Shown in pieces: positions 20,467 to 31,141 of a stretch of DNA of 64,000 bases. The stretch lies in the NCBI RefSeq assembly GCF_965641715.1, contig NZ_OZ282453.1, one strand, 5' to 3'. The notes beneath the pieces were generated by a model that did no database searches, had not been told where the DNA came from, and saw only the letters and a list, made by a program, of their open reading frames with translations. A program made the position numbers and the translations under genes. The stretch is from Escherichia coli. Lineage in GTDB: Bacteria > Pseudomonadota > Gammaproteobacteria > Enterobacterales > Enterobacteriaceae. Positions within the stretch are counted from its first letter, which is position 1; each line of letters opens with the position of its first letter.

Positions 20467-22184
20467 GCCAGGGATTCCTGCACATGAAGACTGGCAGCAT
20501 AAGCCTTCTGATAACGTTTTTTCGCTTCCGCACGGGCAGGCTTGCCGGAGGACGTTCGGGGAATACTGTGGGGCGGCAACAGATCGATAGCCGCTGTTAC
20601 GCCAAATTCGCTTTGGATCCGTGCTGCCAGCGCGTGGATAAGCTGCCCGCGACGTTCTTCATCGCTGATCCGACACTGGATCTGCAAAATGATTTTTTCC
20701 TGGGCGGTAACAAAAGCAATCGCATCGCCAGAATGAATTTCCGGTTCCTGTTCCGCAATATATTCAATATCCTGCGGCCAGATATTACGGCCACGAATAA
20801 TAATCAGATCTTTAATGCGTCCGGTGACATACAGATAACCGTCCAGCAGATAACCGAGGTCCCCGGTGTCTAACCAGCCCGTCGCGGCAATCTCGTCTTG
20901 TGAAACCTGGTCGCCAAAGTAACCGCTCATCAGGCTAGGGCCGGAGATGCAAATATGGCCTACCACACGTTCCGCGACAGGTATACCTGCTTCATTGCGG
21001 ATTTCAATGCCATGTTCCGGCAACGCTTTACCGCAGTTGACGAAAGTCGATACGGCGCGTGTCTCTGCACCCGGCGCGACGGCTTTACCCTGATATTCGA
21101 GGATGTCGCGATCCACTTCGTTAACCACAACCCCGGAGGCTTCATCAGAGAAGCTGACAGCCAGCGCATTTTCTGCCAGTCCGTAGCACGGCATGAAAGT
21201 TTTATCGTCAAAGTTAACCTGACGGAAACATTCAGCGAATTGATGGAGTTGTTCTGCGGAGATGGGTTCTGCACCAATACCAGCGACGCGCCAGCAGGAA
21301 AGATCCAGTTCAGCGAGATCTTTTTCATTCACGCGGCGCTGGCACAATTCATAGCCAAACGGCGGCGCAACGGAAACGGTGCCGCGATTTTTACTGATCA
21401 ATTTAAGCCATTGCAGAGGACGCATGGCAAAATCCTGAGTGCGCAAATAATCTACTGAAAGCTGCGTGGCGACCGGGGTCAGGAGAAAGCCGACCAGTCC
21501 CATATCATGGTAGAAAGGCAGCCAGGAGACGCAGCGGTCGCCAGGGCGTAATTTAATGCCGTCGTGGCTTATAGCACGTAGATTAGCCATCACTTCGCGA
21601 TGGGTGATAATGACGCCACGGGGAAAACGGGTGCTGCCGGAGGTGTACTGGAGGTAGGCGATATCGTTCGGAACTGGACGCTGGAGCGCAACATCGGCTT
21701 CCGGTAATGCCTTATACCAGGCGTGGCTTAATACATGCAATTCGGGGTTGTTATGCGTGGCGGCATTGACCAGCGGCAACCACTCATCACCAGTGATAAT
21801 GGCAGCGGGCTGGCAACTTGCCAGTAAACCCTGCAGTTTGGCGCTCCAGGAATCCCGCTGACCGACGCCCATTGGAATCGCCAACGGGACGGCGACTAAG
21901 CCGGCATACTGGCAGGAAAAAAAAGCCTCTACGAACCCGCTACTGGTTTCGGCAATCAGTGCCACGCGATCGCCTTTTTTCAGGTTCAGCGATAACAACC
22001 GCTTCGCACCAGCTTCGGCACGCGCTTTTAACGTCTGATATTCCAGTTGATCTTCAAGTTGGCAACGTCTGTCATAAAAATTCATTCCAGCGCTACTCAG
22101 AGCGGCGTAGTCCAAAGCATCAACCAGCGTTGGAAAATCGGCATAGCGCATAGGTAGGGAATGCGTAAAGATTTTATTAGACAT
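20463..22184 (-). CDS. Fatty acyl-AMP ligase / acyl-ACP synthetase (573 aa from ATG; TTG alternative at 22211)
   Basis: Adenylate-forming motif YTSGSTRFPRGV and downstream TGD; first gene of the minus-strand operon. Confidence 0.75.
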   Translation of the reverse strand: MSNKIFTHSLPMRYADFPTLVDALDYAALSSAGMNFYDRRCQLEDQLEYQTLKARAEAGAKRLLSLNLKKGDRVALIAETSSGFVEAFFSCQYAGLVAVPLAIPMGVGQRDSWSAKLQGLLASCQPAAIITGDEWLPLVNAATHNNPELHVLSHAWYKALPEADVALQRPVPNDIAYLQYTSGSTRFPRGVIITHREVMANLRAISHDGIKLRPGDRCVSWLPFYHDMGLVGFLLTPVATQLSVDYLRTQDFAMRPLQWLKLISKNRGTVSVAPPFGYELCQRRVNEKDLAELDLSCWRVAGIGAEPISAEQLHQFAECFRQVNFDDKTFMPCYGLAENALAVSFSDEASGVVVNEVDRDILEYQGKAVAPGAETRAVSTFVNCGKALPEHGIEIRNEAGIPVAERVVGHICISGPSLMSGYFGDQVSQDEIAATGWLDTGDLGYLLDGYLYVTGRIKDLIIIRGRNIWPQDIEYIAEQEPEIHSGDAIAFVTAQEKIILQIQCRISDEERRGQLIHALAARIQSEFGVTAAIDLLPPHSIPRTSSGKPARAEAKKRYQKAYAASLHVQESLA

Positions 22185-22211
22185 ATACACCACGAAAAAA
22201 TTGGATATCAA

Positions 22212-22547
22212 AAATAAAATGACAATAATGCGGTGGATTATATAGGTATAAAAGATAAATGAGATAGTATTTTCATTGGTGTGATATTGAACATTGATTA
22301 AAATAATGCTTTAAATCTTAACTCTGTTTATTGTGAATAATATTTAATTTATGAATATATTAAGATAATGCGCTGGTGGGTCGCATTAAATCCACAATAG
22401 TCATGTTGATCGGCTAACGGTGGCGCTGGTGTATCGTAATTATTCATAAATATTATTTTATTTTTCCTTATATTCATTGCGTGGATAGTTAAGGTACCGT
22501 CCGTTGCTGTTTATTTTCAGCATTAATTATTTGTTATCCACTAAGCT
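22212..22547. promoter_or_regulatory. Strongly AT-rich 336-bp divergent control region between the FAAL operon and yghO
   Basis: Long A/T runs and curved-DNA-like tracts read in sequence; promoters and nucleoid-protein binding inferred. Confidence 0.45.
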
Positions 22548-23690
22548 ATGGAACGCGATCTGCTGATGATTAAAATTGAAAAAGTAATAAATAAAAATGA
22601 CTTAAAGGCATTTATCGCTTTTCCGTCATCACTTTATCCCGACGATCCAAACTGGATACCCCCTTTATTCATTGAACGCAACGAGCATTTGTCTGTGAAA
22701 AATCCGGGGACGGACCATATCATCTGGCAGGCGTGGGTGGCAAAAATAGCCGGGCAGATAGTTGGGCGTATTACCGCGCAAATCGATACCTTACACCGCG
22801 AGCGTTACGGCGAAGATACCGGTCATTTCGGCATGATTGACGCCATTGATGATCCGCAGGTTTTTGCCGCGTTGTTTGGCGCAGCGGAAGCGTGGTTGAA
22901 GTCACAAGGTGCAAGTAAGATCAGCGGGCCTTTCAGCCTGAATATCAATCAGGAAAGCGGATTACTGATTGAAGGTTTTGACACACCACCCTGTGCGATG
23001 ATGCCACACGGCAAACCGTGGTATGCCGCGCATATTGAACAACTGGGTTATCACAAAGGCATTGATTTACTGGCGTGGTGGATGCAGCGAACCGATCTCA
23101 CTTTCTCTCCGGCGCTAAAAAAACTGATGGATCAGGTGCGCAAAAAGGTGACCATTCGCTGCATCAATCGTCAGCGGTTTGCCGAAGAGATGCAGATCCT
23201 GCGTGAGATTTTCAACTCTGGCTGGCAGCACAACTGGGGATTTGTGCCGTTTACCGAACATGAATTCGCGACCATGGGCGACCAACTTAAATATCTGGTG
23301 CCGGACGATATGATCTACATCGCTGAGATTGATTCTGCACCCTGCGCGTTTATTGTCGGCTTGCCGAACATCAACGAGGCGATTGCCGATCTGAACGGAT
23401 CTCTCTTTCCCTTCGGCTGGGCAAAATTGCTGTGGCGTTTGAAAGTCAGCGGTGTGCGAACTGCGCGAGTACCGCTGATGGGCGTGCGCGACGAGTATCA
23501 GTTCAGCCGCATCGGCCCGGTGATTGCGCTGTTATTGATTGAAGCCTTACGCGATCCGTTTGCCCGCCGGAAGATCGATGCGCTGGAGATGTCATGGATC
23601 CTCGAAACCAATACAGGCATGAATAACATGCTGGAACGCATTGGGGCAGAGCCGTACAAGCGTTACCGATTGTATGAAAAGCAGATTTAA
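22548..23690 (+). CDS. yghO: GNAT-superfamily acyltransferase YghO, full length (380 aa)
   Basis: MERDLLMIKIEKVINKNDLKAF...; synteny next to glcC; recalled as truncated in K-12. Confidence 0.7.
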   Translation: MERDLLMIKIEKVINKNDLKAFIAFPSSLYPDDPNWIPPLFIERNEHLSVKNPGTDHIIWQAWVAKIAGQIVGRITAQIDTLHRERYGEDTGHFGMIDAIDDPQVFAALFGAAEAWLKSQGASKISGPFSLNINQESGLLIEGFDTPPCAMMPHGKPWYAAHIEQLGYHKGIDLLAWWMQRTDLTFSPALKKLMDQVRKKVTIRCINRQRFAEEMQILREIFNSGWQHNWGFVPFTEHEFATMGDQLKYLVPDDMIYIAEIDSAPCAFIVGLPNINEAIADLNGSLFPFGWAKLLWRLKVSGVRTARVPLMGVRDEYQFSRIGPVIALLLIEALRDPFARRKIDALEMSWILETNTGMNNMLERIGAEPYKRYRLYEKQI

Positions 23691-23696
23691 TACCAG

Positions 23697-24461
23697 CTAA
23701 CTCTGGTTCATCTCCAGCGGCACCGCCGAGCGAATCAAATGGTGGCCTTCCAGCTCGATATCGTGGAGATTCTTTTTCACGGTCCGCACATGATCGCGTG
23801 CTGCGCGCTGGGCGACGTGCGGCAGCCGCTGCAACACCGCGTTGTAGATCCGCGCATGCTGGCGATCGATCTGCTTTTTTTGCTGTGGTCGATGGTAGAG
23901 ATTATTTACGCTGGCAAACACTGAATTAAACATCAGATCGGTCAATGATTGCAGCGTAAACACCAGCACCTGATTGTGAGAAGCCTGACAAATGGCGAGA
24001 TGGAAAGCGTGATCCAACTGCGCATGTTCGATCAGCGAAATCTCTTTGTTGTTCTCACTGGCGGCGAGCATTTTTTCATAACAGCGGGTTATCACAACAA
24101 AATCAGCCTGCGTTCCCAGCGTTGCCGCCAGCCTTGCCGATTCGCCCTCCAGTAATGCGCGAACGTCGAGCAGATCGTACAGCGTTCGCGGCTGCGTACT
24201 GAACAGATGGATCAGCGGGCTGGTGTCCTGCACCCGATTAAGCCGTGCGACACGAGAATCGCGACCCTGCGCCGTTTCAATAATCCCGCGCCCGCGCAGC
24301 ACGGTCAGCCCTTCACGCAGTGCGGAGCGTGAGAAGCCGAGCTTTTCACACAGTCGACGTTCCGAGGGAAGCGGCTGACCGACCTTCAGTACGCCGTCGA
24401 TAATTAACCGTTCGATACTCTCTGCAACCACTTCGCAAATAGGGCGACGTTCATCTTTCAT
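23697..24461 (-). CDS. glcC: Glycolate operon transcriptional activator GlcC (GntR family, 254 aa)
   Basis: Track ORF trimmed to MKDERRPICEVVAESIERLIIDG...; length matches. Confidence 0.92.
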   Translation of the reverse strand: MKDERRPICEVVAESIERLIIDGVLKVGQPLPSERRLCEKLGFSRSALREGLTVLRGRGIIETAQGRDSRVARLNRVQDTSPLIHLFSTQPRTLYDLLDVRALLEGESARLAATLGTQADFVVITRCYEKMLAASENNKEISLIEHAQLDHAFHLAICQASHNQVLVFTLQSLTDLMFNSVFASVNNLYHRPQQKKQIDRQHARIYNAVLQRLPHVAQRAARDHVRTVKKNLHDIELEGHHLIRSAVPLEMNQS

Positions 24462-24711
24462 TCCCGGACCTCGTGCACAGGTAGGACCAATTTTTCTGTA
24501 CTTAACTCGCAAAACACGCACATCACGTAAGTGATTATGTTACATCAATTTAACATTGAGTTAACCAAGACAAGGTCACAGAGCTGGAAAAAAAATGGTC
24601 TGACCGGTAGCTAAAGAGATAGACGAAAACGAAAAGCCCGCTTAATAACTGTTCACAGAAGCAGCGCGCAAAAATCAGCTGCCACACAACACAACAAAGC
24701 GAAGCCTACTC
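24462..24711. promoter_or_regulatory. glcC-glcD divergent promoter region
   Basis: Intergenic between divergent glcC and glcD; sites not individually resolved. Confidence 0.5.
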
Positions 24712-26211
24712 ATGAGCATCTTGTACGAAGAGCGTCTTGATGGCGCTTTACCCGATGTCGACCGCACATCGGTACTGATGGCACTGCGTGAGCATGTCCC
24801 AGGACTTGAGATCCTGCATACCGATGAGGAGATCATTCCTTACGAGTGTGACGGGTTGAGCGCGTATCGCACGCGTCCATTACTGGTTGTTCTGCCTAAG
24901 CAAATGGAACAGGTGACAGCGATTCTGGCTGTCTGCCATCGCCTGCGTGTACCGGTGGTGACCCGTGGTGCAGGCACCGGGCTTTCTGGTGGCGCGCTGC
25001 CGCTGGAAAAAGGTGTGTTGTTGGTGATGGCGCGCTTTAAAGAGATCCTCGACATTAACCCCGTTGGTCGCCGCGCGCGCGTGCAGCCAGGCGTGCGTAA
25101 CCTGGCGATCTCCCAGGCCGTTGCACCGCATAATCTCTACTACGCACCGGACCCTTCCTCACAAATCGCCTGTTCCATTGGCGGCAACGTGGCAGAAAAT
25201 GCCGGCGGCGTCCACTGCCTGAAATATGGTCTGACCGTACATAACCTGCTGAAAATTGAAGTGCAAACGCTGGATGGCGAGGCACTGACGCTGGGATCGG
25301 ATGCGCTGGATTCGCCTGGTTTTGACCTGCTGGCGTTGTTCACCGGATCGGAAGGTATGCTCGGCGTGACCACCGAAGTGACGGTAAAACTGCTGCCAAA
25401 GCCGCCCGTGGCGCGGGTTCTGTTAGCAAGCTTTGACTCGGTAGAAAAAGCCGGACTTGCAGTTGGTGACATCATCGCCAATGGCATTATCCCCGGCGGG
25501 CTGGAGATGATGGATAACCTGTCGATCCGCGCGGCGGAAGATTTTATTCATGCCGGTTATCCCGTCGACGCCGAAGCGATTTTGTTATGCGAGCTGGACG
25601 GCGTGGAGTCTGACGTACAGGAAGACTGCGAGCGGGTTAACGACATCTTGTTGAAAGCGGGCGCGACTGACGTCCGTCTGGCACAGGACGAAGCAGAGCG
25701 CGTACGTTTCTGGGCCGGTCGCAAAAATGCGTTCCCGGCGGTAGGACGTATCTCCCCGGATTACTACTGCATGGATGGCACCATCCCGCGTCGCGCCCTG
25801 CCTGGCGTACTGGAAGGCATTGCCCGTTTATCGCAGCAATATGATTTACGTGTTGCCAACGTCTTTCATGCCGGAGATGGCAACATGCACCCGTTAATCC
25901 TTTTCGATGCCAACGAACCCGGTGAATTTGCCCGCGCGGAAGAGTTGGGCGGGAAGATCCTCGAACTCTGCGTTGAAGTTGGCGGCAGCATCAGTGGGGA
26001 ACATGGCATCGGGCGAGAAAAAATCAATCAAATGTGCGCCCAGTTCAATAGCGATGAAATCACGACCTTCCATGCGGTCAAGGCGGCGTTTGACCCCGAT
26101 GGTTTGCTGAACCCTGGGAAAAACATTCCCACGCTACACCGCTGTGCTGAATTTGGTGCCATGCATGTGCATCACGGTCATTTACCTTTTCCTGAACTGG
26201 AGCGCTTCTGA
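24712..26211 (+). CDS. glcD: Glycolate oxidase subunit GlcD (499 aa)
   Basis: MSILYEERLDGALPDVD...; FAD-binding oxidase; length matches. Confidence 0.93.
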   Translation: MSILYEERLDGALPDVDRTSVLMALREHVPGLEILHTDEEIIPYECDGLSAYRTRPLLVVLPKQMEQVTAILAVCHRLRVPVVTRGAGTGLSGGALPLEKGVLLVMARFKEILDINPVGRRARVQPGVRNLAISQAVAPHNLYYAPDPSSQIACSIGGNVAENAGGVHCLKYGLTVHNLLKIEVQTLDGEALTLGSDALDSPGFDLLALFTGSEGMLGVTTEVTVKLLPKPPVARVLLASFDSVEKAGLAVGDIIANGIIPGGLEMMDNLSIRAAEDFIHAGYPVDAEAILLCELDGVESDVQEDCERVNDILLKAGATDVRLAQDEAERVRFWAGRKNAFPAVGRISPDYYCMDGTIPRRALPGVLEGIARLSQQYDLRVANVFHAGDGNMHPLILFDANEPGEFARAEELGGKILELCVEVGGSISGEHGIGREKINQMCAQFNSDEITTFHAVKAAFDPDGLLNPGKNIPTLHRCAEFGAMHVHHGHLPFPELERF

Positions 26212-27263
26212 TGCTACGCGAGTGTGATTACAGTCAGGCGCTGCTGGAGCAGGTGAATCAGGCAATTAGCGATAAAACGCCGCTGGTGATTCAGGGCAGC
26301 AATAGCAAAGCCTTTTTAGGTCGCCCAGTCACCGGGCAAACGCTGGATGTGCGTTGTCATCGCGGCATTGTTAATTACGACCCGACCGAGCTGGTGATAA
26401 CCGCTCGTGCCGGAACGCCGCTGGTGGCGATTGAAGCGGCGCTGGAGAGCGCAGGGCAAATGCTTCCCTGCGAGCCGCCGCATTATGGTGAAGAAGCCAC
26501 CTGGGGCGGGATGGTCGCCTGCGGGCTGGCGGGGCCGCGTCGCCCGTGGAGCGGTTCGGTCCGCGATTTTGTCCTCGGCACGCGCATCATTACCGGCACT
26601 GGAAAACATCTGCGTTTTGGTGGCGAAGTGATGAAAAACGTTGCCGGATACGACCTCTCACGGTTAATGGCCGGAAGCTACGGCTGTCTTGGTGTGCTCA
26701 CTGAAATCTCAATGAAAGTGTTGCCGCGACCGCGCGCCACCCTGAGCCTGCGTCGGGAAATCAGCCTGCAAGAAGCCATGAACGAAATCGTCCAGTGGCA
26801 ACTCCAGCCGCTACCCATTAGTGGCTTATGTTACTTCGACAATGCGTTGTGGATCCGCCTTGAGGGCGGCGAAGGATCGGTAAAAGCAGCGCGTGAACTG
26901 CTGGGTGGCGAAGAGGTTGCGGGTCAGTTCTGGCAGCAATTGCGTGAACAACAACTGCCGTTCTTCTCGTTACCAGGTACCTTATGGCGCATTTCATTAC
27001 CCAGCGATGCGCCGATGATGGATTTACCCGGCGAGCAACTGATCGACTGGGGCGGGGCGTTACGCTGGCTGAAATCGACAGCCGAGGACAATCAAATCCA
27101 TCGCATCGCCCGCAACGCTGGCGGTCATGCGACCCGCTTTAGTGCCGGAGATGGTGGCTTTGCCCCGCTATCGGCTCCTTTATTCCGCTATCACCAGCAG
27201 CTTAAACAGCAGCTCGACCCTTGCGGCGTGTTTAATCCCGGTCGCATGTACGCGGAACTTTGA
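26211..27263 (+). CDS. glcE: Glycolate oxidase FAD-binding subunit GlcE (350 aa)
   Basis: Start overlaps glcD stop; length matches. Confidence 0.92.
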   Translation: MLRECDYSQALLEQVNQAISDKTPLVIQGSNSKAFLGRPVTGQTLDVRCHRGIVNYDPTELVITARAGTPLVAIEAALESAGQMLPCEPPHYGEEATWGGMVACGLAGPRRPWSGSVRDFVLGTRIITGTGKHLRFGGEVMKNVAGYDLSRLMAGSYGCLGVLTEISMKVLPRPRATLSLRREISLQEAMNEIVQWQLQPLPISGLCYFDNALWIRLEGGEGSVKAARELLGGEEVAGQFWQQLREQQLPFFSLPGTLWRISLPSDAPMMDLPGEQLIDWGGALRWLKSTAEDNQIHRIARNAGGHATRFSAGDGGFAPLSAPLFRYHQQLKQQLDPCGVFNPGRMYAEL

Positions 27264-27273
27264 GGAGCAGGCT

Positions 27274-28497
27274 ATGCAAACCCAATTAACTGAAGAGATG
27301 CGGCAGAACGCGCGCGCGCTGGAAGCCGACAGCATCCTGCGCGCCTGTGTTCACTGCGGATTTTGTACCGCAACCTGCCCAACCTATCAGCTTCTGGGCG
27401 ATGAACTGGACGGGCCGCGCGGGCGCATCTATCTGATTAAACAGGTGCTGGAAGGCAACGAAGTCACGCTTAAAACACAGGAGCATCTCGATCGCTGCCT
27501 CACTTGCCGCAATTGTGAAACCACCTGTCCTTCTGGTGTGCGCTATCACAATTTGCTGGATATCGGGCGTGATATTGTCGAGCAGAAAGTGAAACGCCCA
27601 CTGCCGGAGCGAATACTGCGCGAAGGATTGCGCCAGGTAGTGCCGCGTCCGGCGGTCTTCCGTGCGCTGACGCAGGTAGGGCTGGTGCTGCGACCGTTTT
27701 TACCGGAACAGGTCAGAGCAAAACTGCCTGCTGAAACGGTGAAAGCTAAACCGCGTCCGCCGCTGCGCCATAAGCGTCGGGTTTTAATGCTGGAAGGCTG
27801 CGCCCAGCCTACGCTTTCGCCCAACACCAACGCGGCAACTGCGCGAGTGCTGGATCGTCTGGGGATCAGCGTCATGTCAGCTAACGAAGCAGGCTGTTGT
27901 GGCGCGGTGGACTATCATCTTAATGCGCAGGAGAAAGGGCTGGCACGGGCGCGCAATAATATTGATGCCTGGTGGCCCGCGATTGAAGCAGGTGCCGAGG
28001 CAATTTTGCAAACCGCCAGCGGTTGCGGCGCGTTTGTCAAAGAGTACGGGCAGATGCTGAAAAACGATGCGTTATATGCCGATAAAGCGCGTCAGGTCAG
28101 TGAACTGGCGGTCGATTTAGTCGAGCTTCTGCGCGAGGAACCGCTGGAAAAACTGGCAATTCGCGGCGATAAAAAACTGGCCTTCCACTGCCCGTGTACC
28201 CTACAACATGCGCAAAAGCTGAACGGCGAAGTGGAAAAAGTGTTGCTTCGTCTTGGATTTACCTTAACGGACGTTCCCGACAGCCATCTGTGCTGCGGTT
28301 CAGCGGGAACATATGCGTTAACGCATCCCGATCTGGCACGCCAGCTGCGGGATAACAAAATGAATGCGCTGGAAAGCGGCAAACCGGAAATGATCGTCAC
28401 CGCCAACATTGGTTGCCAGACGCATCTGGCGAGCGCCGGTCGTACCTCTGTGCGTCACTGGATTGAAATTGTAGAACAAGCCCTTGAAAAGGAATAA
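27274..28497 (+). CDS. glcF: Glycolate oxidase iron-sulfur subunit GlcF (407 aa)
   Basis: Track ORF trimmed to MQTQLTEEMRQ...; CxxCxxCxxxCP ferredoxin motifs. Confidence 0.92.
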   Translation: MQTQLTEEMRQNARALEADSILRACVHCGFCTATCPTYQLLGDELDGPRGRIYLIKQVLEGNEVTLKTQEHLDRCLTCRNCETTCPSGVRYHNLLDIGRDIVEQKVKRPLPERILREGLRQVVPRPAVFRALTQVGLVLRPFLPEQVRAKLPAETVKAKPRPPLRHKRRVLMLEGCAQPTLSPNTNAATARVLDRLGISVMSANEAGCCGAVDYHLNAQEKGLARARNNIDAWWPAIEAGAEAILQTASGCGAFVKEYGQMLKNDALYADKARQVSELAVDLVELLREEPLEKLAIRGDKKLAFHCPCTLQHAQKLNGEVEKVLLRLGFTLTDVPDSHLCCGSAGTYALTHPDLARQLRDNKMNALESGKPEMIVTANIGCQTHLASAGRTSVRHWIEIVEQALEKE

Positions 28498-28501
28498 AAA
28501 A

Positions 28502-28906
28502 ATGAAAACTAAAGTCATTCTTAGCCAGCAAATGGCGAGTGCAATTATTGCCGCAGGTCAGGAAGAGGCGCAGAAAAATAACTGGTCTGTTTCCATTGCT
28601 GTTGCCGATGACGGCGGTCATCTGCTGGCGTTAAGTCGCATGGACGATTGCGCGCCGATTGCGGCTTACATCTCCCAGGAGAAAGCGCGTACCGCCGCGC
28701 TGGGGCGTCGTGAAACTAAGGGCTATGAAGAGATGGTGAACAACGGACGTACCGCGTTCGTGACTGCGCCGTTATTAACGTCGCTGGAAGGCGGCGTACC
28801 GGTTGTTGTTGATGGGCAAATTATTGGTGCCGTGGGCGTTTCTGGTTTAACCGGAGCACAGGATGCGCAGGTCGCGAAAGCGGCAGCAGCGGTGTTGGCG
28901 AAATAA
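28502..28906 (+). CDS. glcG: GlcG protein (134 aa)
   Basis: MKTKVILSQQMASAIIAAGQ...; track ORF trimmed. Confidence 0.9.
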   Translation: MKTKVILSQQMASAIIAAGQEEAQKNNWSVSIAVADDGGHLLALSRMDDCAPIAAYISQEKARTAALGRRETKGYEEMVNNGRTAFVTAPLLTSLEGGVPVVVDGQIIGAVGVSGLTGAQDAQVAKAAAAVLAK

Positions 28907-28927
28907 GCGAAAACGAGGAGAGAAACA

Positions 28928-31099
28928 ATGAGTCAAACCATAACCCAGGGCCGTTTACGCATTGACGCCAATTTTAAACGTTTTGTGGATGACGAAGTTT
29001 TACCGGGAACAGGGCTGGACGCTGCGGCGTTCTGGCGCAATTTTGATGAGATCGTTCACGATCTGGCACCAGAAAATCGTCAGTTGCTGGCAGAACGCGA
29101 TCGCATTCAGGCGGCGCTTGATGAGTGGCATCGCAGCAATCCGGGGCCGGTAAAAGATAAAGCGGCCTATAAATCTTTCCTGCGTGAACTGGGCTACCTG
29201 GTGCCGCAACCGGAGCGCGTGACGGTGGAAACCACGGGCATTGACAGCGAAATCACCAGTCAGGCGGGGCCACAGCTGGTGGTTCCGGCAATGAACGCCC
29301 GCTACGCGCTGAACGCGGCGAACGCTCGCTGGGGCTCACTGTACGATGCGTTATACGGCAGCGACATCATCCCGCAGGAAGGGGCGATGGTCAGCGGCTA
29401 CGATCCGCAACGCGGTGAGCAGGTTATCGCCTGGGTTCGGCGTTTCCTCGATGAATCTCTACCGCTGGAAAACGGCAGCTATCAGGATGTGGTAGCGTTT
29501 AAGGTGGTCGATAAACAATTACGCATCCAGTTGAAAAATGGCGCAGAAACTAGTTTACGTACCCCGGCGCAGTTTGTCGGTTACCGTGGCAATGCCGATG
29601 CGCCGACCTGCATTTTGCTGAAAAATAACGGCCTGCATATTGAGCTACAAATCGATGCCAACGGGCGTATTGGCAAAGACGATCCGGCGCACATCAACGA
29701 TGTTATCGTCGAAGCTGCTATCAGTACCATTCTCGACTGCGAAGATTCGGTCGCGGCGGTTGATGCGGAAGATAAAATCCTGCTGTACCGCAACCTGCTG
29801 GGCCTGATGCAGGGGACTCTGCAAGAGAAAATGGAGAAAAACGGTCGGCAAATCGTACGTAAACTGAATGACGATCGTCAGTACACCGCCGCCGATGGCT
29901 CTGAAATTTCTCTGCACGGACGCTCGTTGCTGTTTATCCGCAACGTGGGTCATTTGATGACCATTCCTGTGATTTGGGACAGCGAAGGCAATGAAATCCC
30001 GGAAGGCATTCTTGATGGTGTCATGACTGGCGCGATTGCCCTCTATGATTTAAAAGTGCAGAAAAACTCGCGCACTGGCAGCGTCTATATTGTGAAACCG
30101 AAAATGCACGGTCCGCAGGAAGTGGCGTTCGCCAACAAACTGTTTACCCGCATTGAGACAATGCTCGGTATGGCACCGAATACCCTGAAAATGGGCATTA
30201 TGGATGAAGAACGTCGGACCTCGCTGAACTTGCGTAGCTGTATCGCTCAGGCGCGCAACCGCGTGGCGTTCATCAATACCGGTTTCCTCGACCGTACCGG
30301 CGATGAAATGCATTCGGTGATGGAAGCTGGCCCGATGCTGCGTAAAAATCAGATGAAATCGACGCCTTGGATCAAAGCCTACGAGCGTAATAACGTGCTT
30401 TCCGGTCTGTTCTGTGGGCTGCGCGGTAAAGCGCAAATTGGTAAAGGCATGTGGGCAATGCCGGACCTGATGGCAGACATGTACAGCCAGAAGGGCGACC
30501 AACTGCGTGCCGGGGCAAACACAGCCTGGGTTCCGTCACCAACCGCTGCTACGCTCCATGCGCTGCACTACCACCAAACCAACGTACAGAGCGTGCAAGC
30601 CAACATTGCCCAGACCGAGTTCAATGCTGAATTTGAACCGCTGCTGGACGATCTGCTGACTATTCCGGTTGCTGAAAACGCTAACTGGTCGGCGCAAGAG
30701 ATCCAACAAGAGCTGGATAACAACGTGCAGGGGATTCTGGGGTACGTGGTGCGCTGGGTGGAGCAGGGGATTGGTTGTTCAAAAGTGCCGGATATTCACA
30801 ATGTGGCGCTGATGGAAGACCGCGCAACGCTGCGTATCTCCAGCCAGCATATCGCCAACTGGTTACGTCACGGTATTCTGACCAAAGAACAGGTGCAGGC
30901 GTCGCTGGAGAATATGGCGAAAGTGGTTGATCAGCAAAACGCTGGCGATCCGGCTTATCGTCCGATGGCGGGGAATTTCGCTAACTCGTGTGCTTTTAAA
31001 GCTGCCAGCGATTTGATCTTCCTCGGCGTGAAACAGCCAAACGGTTATACCGAACCGTTATTACACGCCTGGCGTTTACGCGAAAAAGAAAGTCATTAA
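28928..31099 (+). CDS. glcB: Malate synthase G (723 aa)
   Basis: [29 protein letters not shown]...; length matches. Confidence 0.95.
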   Translation: MSQTITQGRLRIDANFKRFVDDEVLPGTGLDAAAFWRNFDEIVHDLAPENRQLLAERDRIQAALDEWHRSNPGPVKDKAAYKSFLRELGYLVPQPERVTVETTGIDSEITSQAGPQLVVPAMNARYALNAANARWGSLYDALYGSDIIPQEGAMVSGYDPQRGEQVIAWVRRFLDESLPLENGSYQDVVAFKVVDKQLRIQLKNGAETSLRTPAQFVGYRGNADAPTCILLKNNGLHIELQIDANGRIGKDDPAHINDVIVEAAISTILDCEDSVAAVDAEDKILLYRNLLGLMQGTLQEKMEKNGRQIVRKLNDDRQYTAADGSEISLHGRSLLFIRNVGHLMTIPVIWDSEGNEIPEGILDGVMTGAIALYDLKVQKNSRTGSVYIVKPKMHGPQEVAFANKLFTRIETMLGMAPNTLKMGIMDEERRTSLNLRSCIAQARNRVAFINTGFLDRTGDEMHSVMEAGPMLRKNQMKSTPWIKAYERNNVLSGLFCGLRGKAQIGKGMWAMPDLMADMYSQKGDQLRAGANTAWVPSPTAATLHALHYHQTNVQSVQANIAQTEFNAEFEPLLDDLLTIPVAENANWSAQEIQQELDNNVQGILGYVVRWVEQGIGCSKVPDIHNVALMEDRATLRISSQHIANWLRHGILTKEQVQASLENMAKVVDQQNAGDPAYRPMAGNFANSCAFKAASDLIFLGVKQPNGYTEPLLHAWRLREKESH

Positions 31100-31108
31100 T
31101 AGCGTCAA

Positions 31109-31141
31109 AAAAGCCCCGGCAAGTTTTATTGTCGGGGCTAT
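31109..31141. terminator. Hairpin downstream of glcB
   Basis: Imperfect inverted repeat gccccggcaa...ttgtcggggc; T-run only on the opposite strand. Confidence 0.3.

Noticed and set aside
14492..22211. Recent horizontally acquired island
   Set aside because: No mobility genes, flanking direct repeats or tRNA; composition looks similar to neighbouring core genes by eye, so differential loss in K-12 is the simpler explanation. This was not computed.
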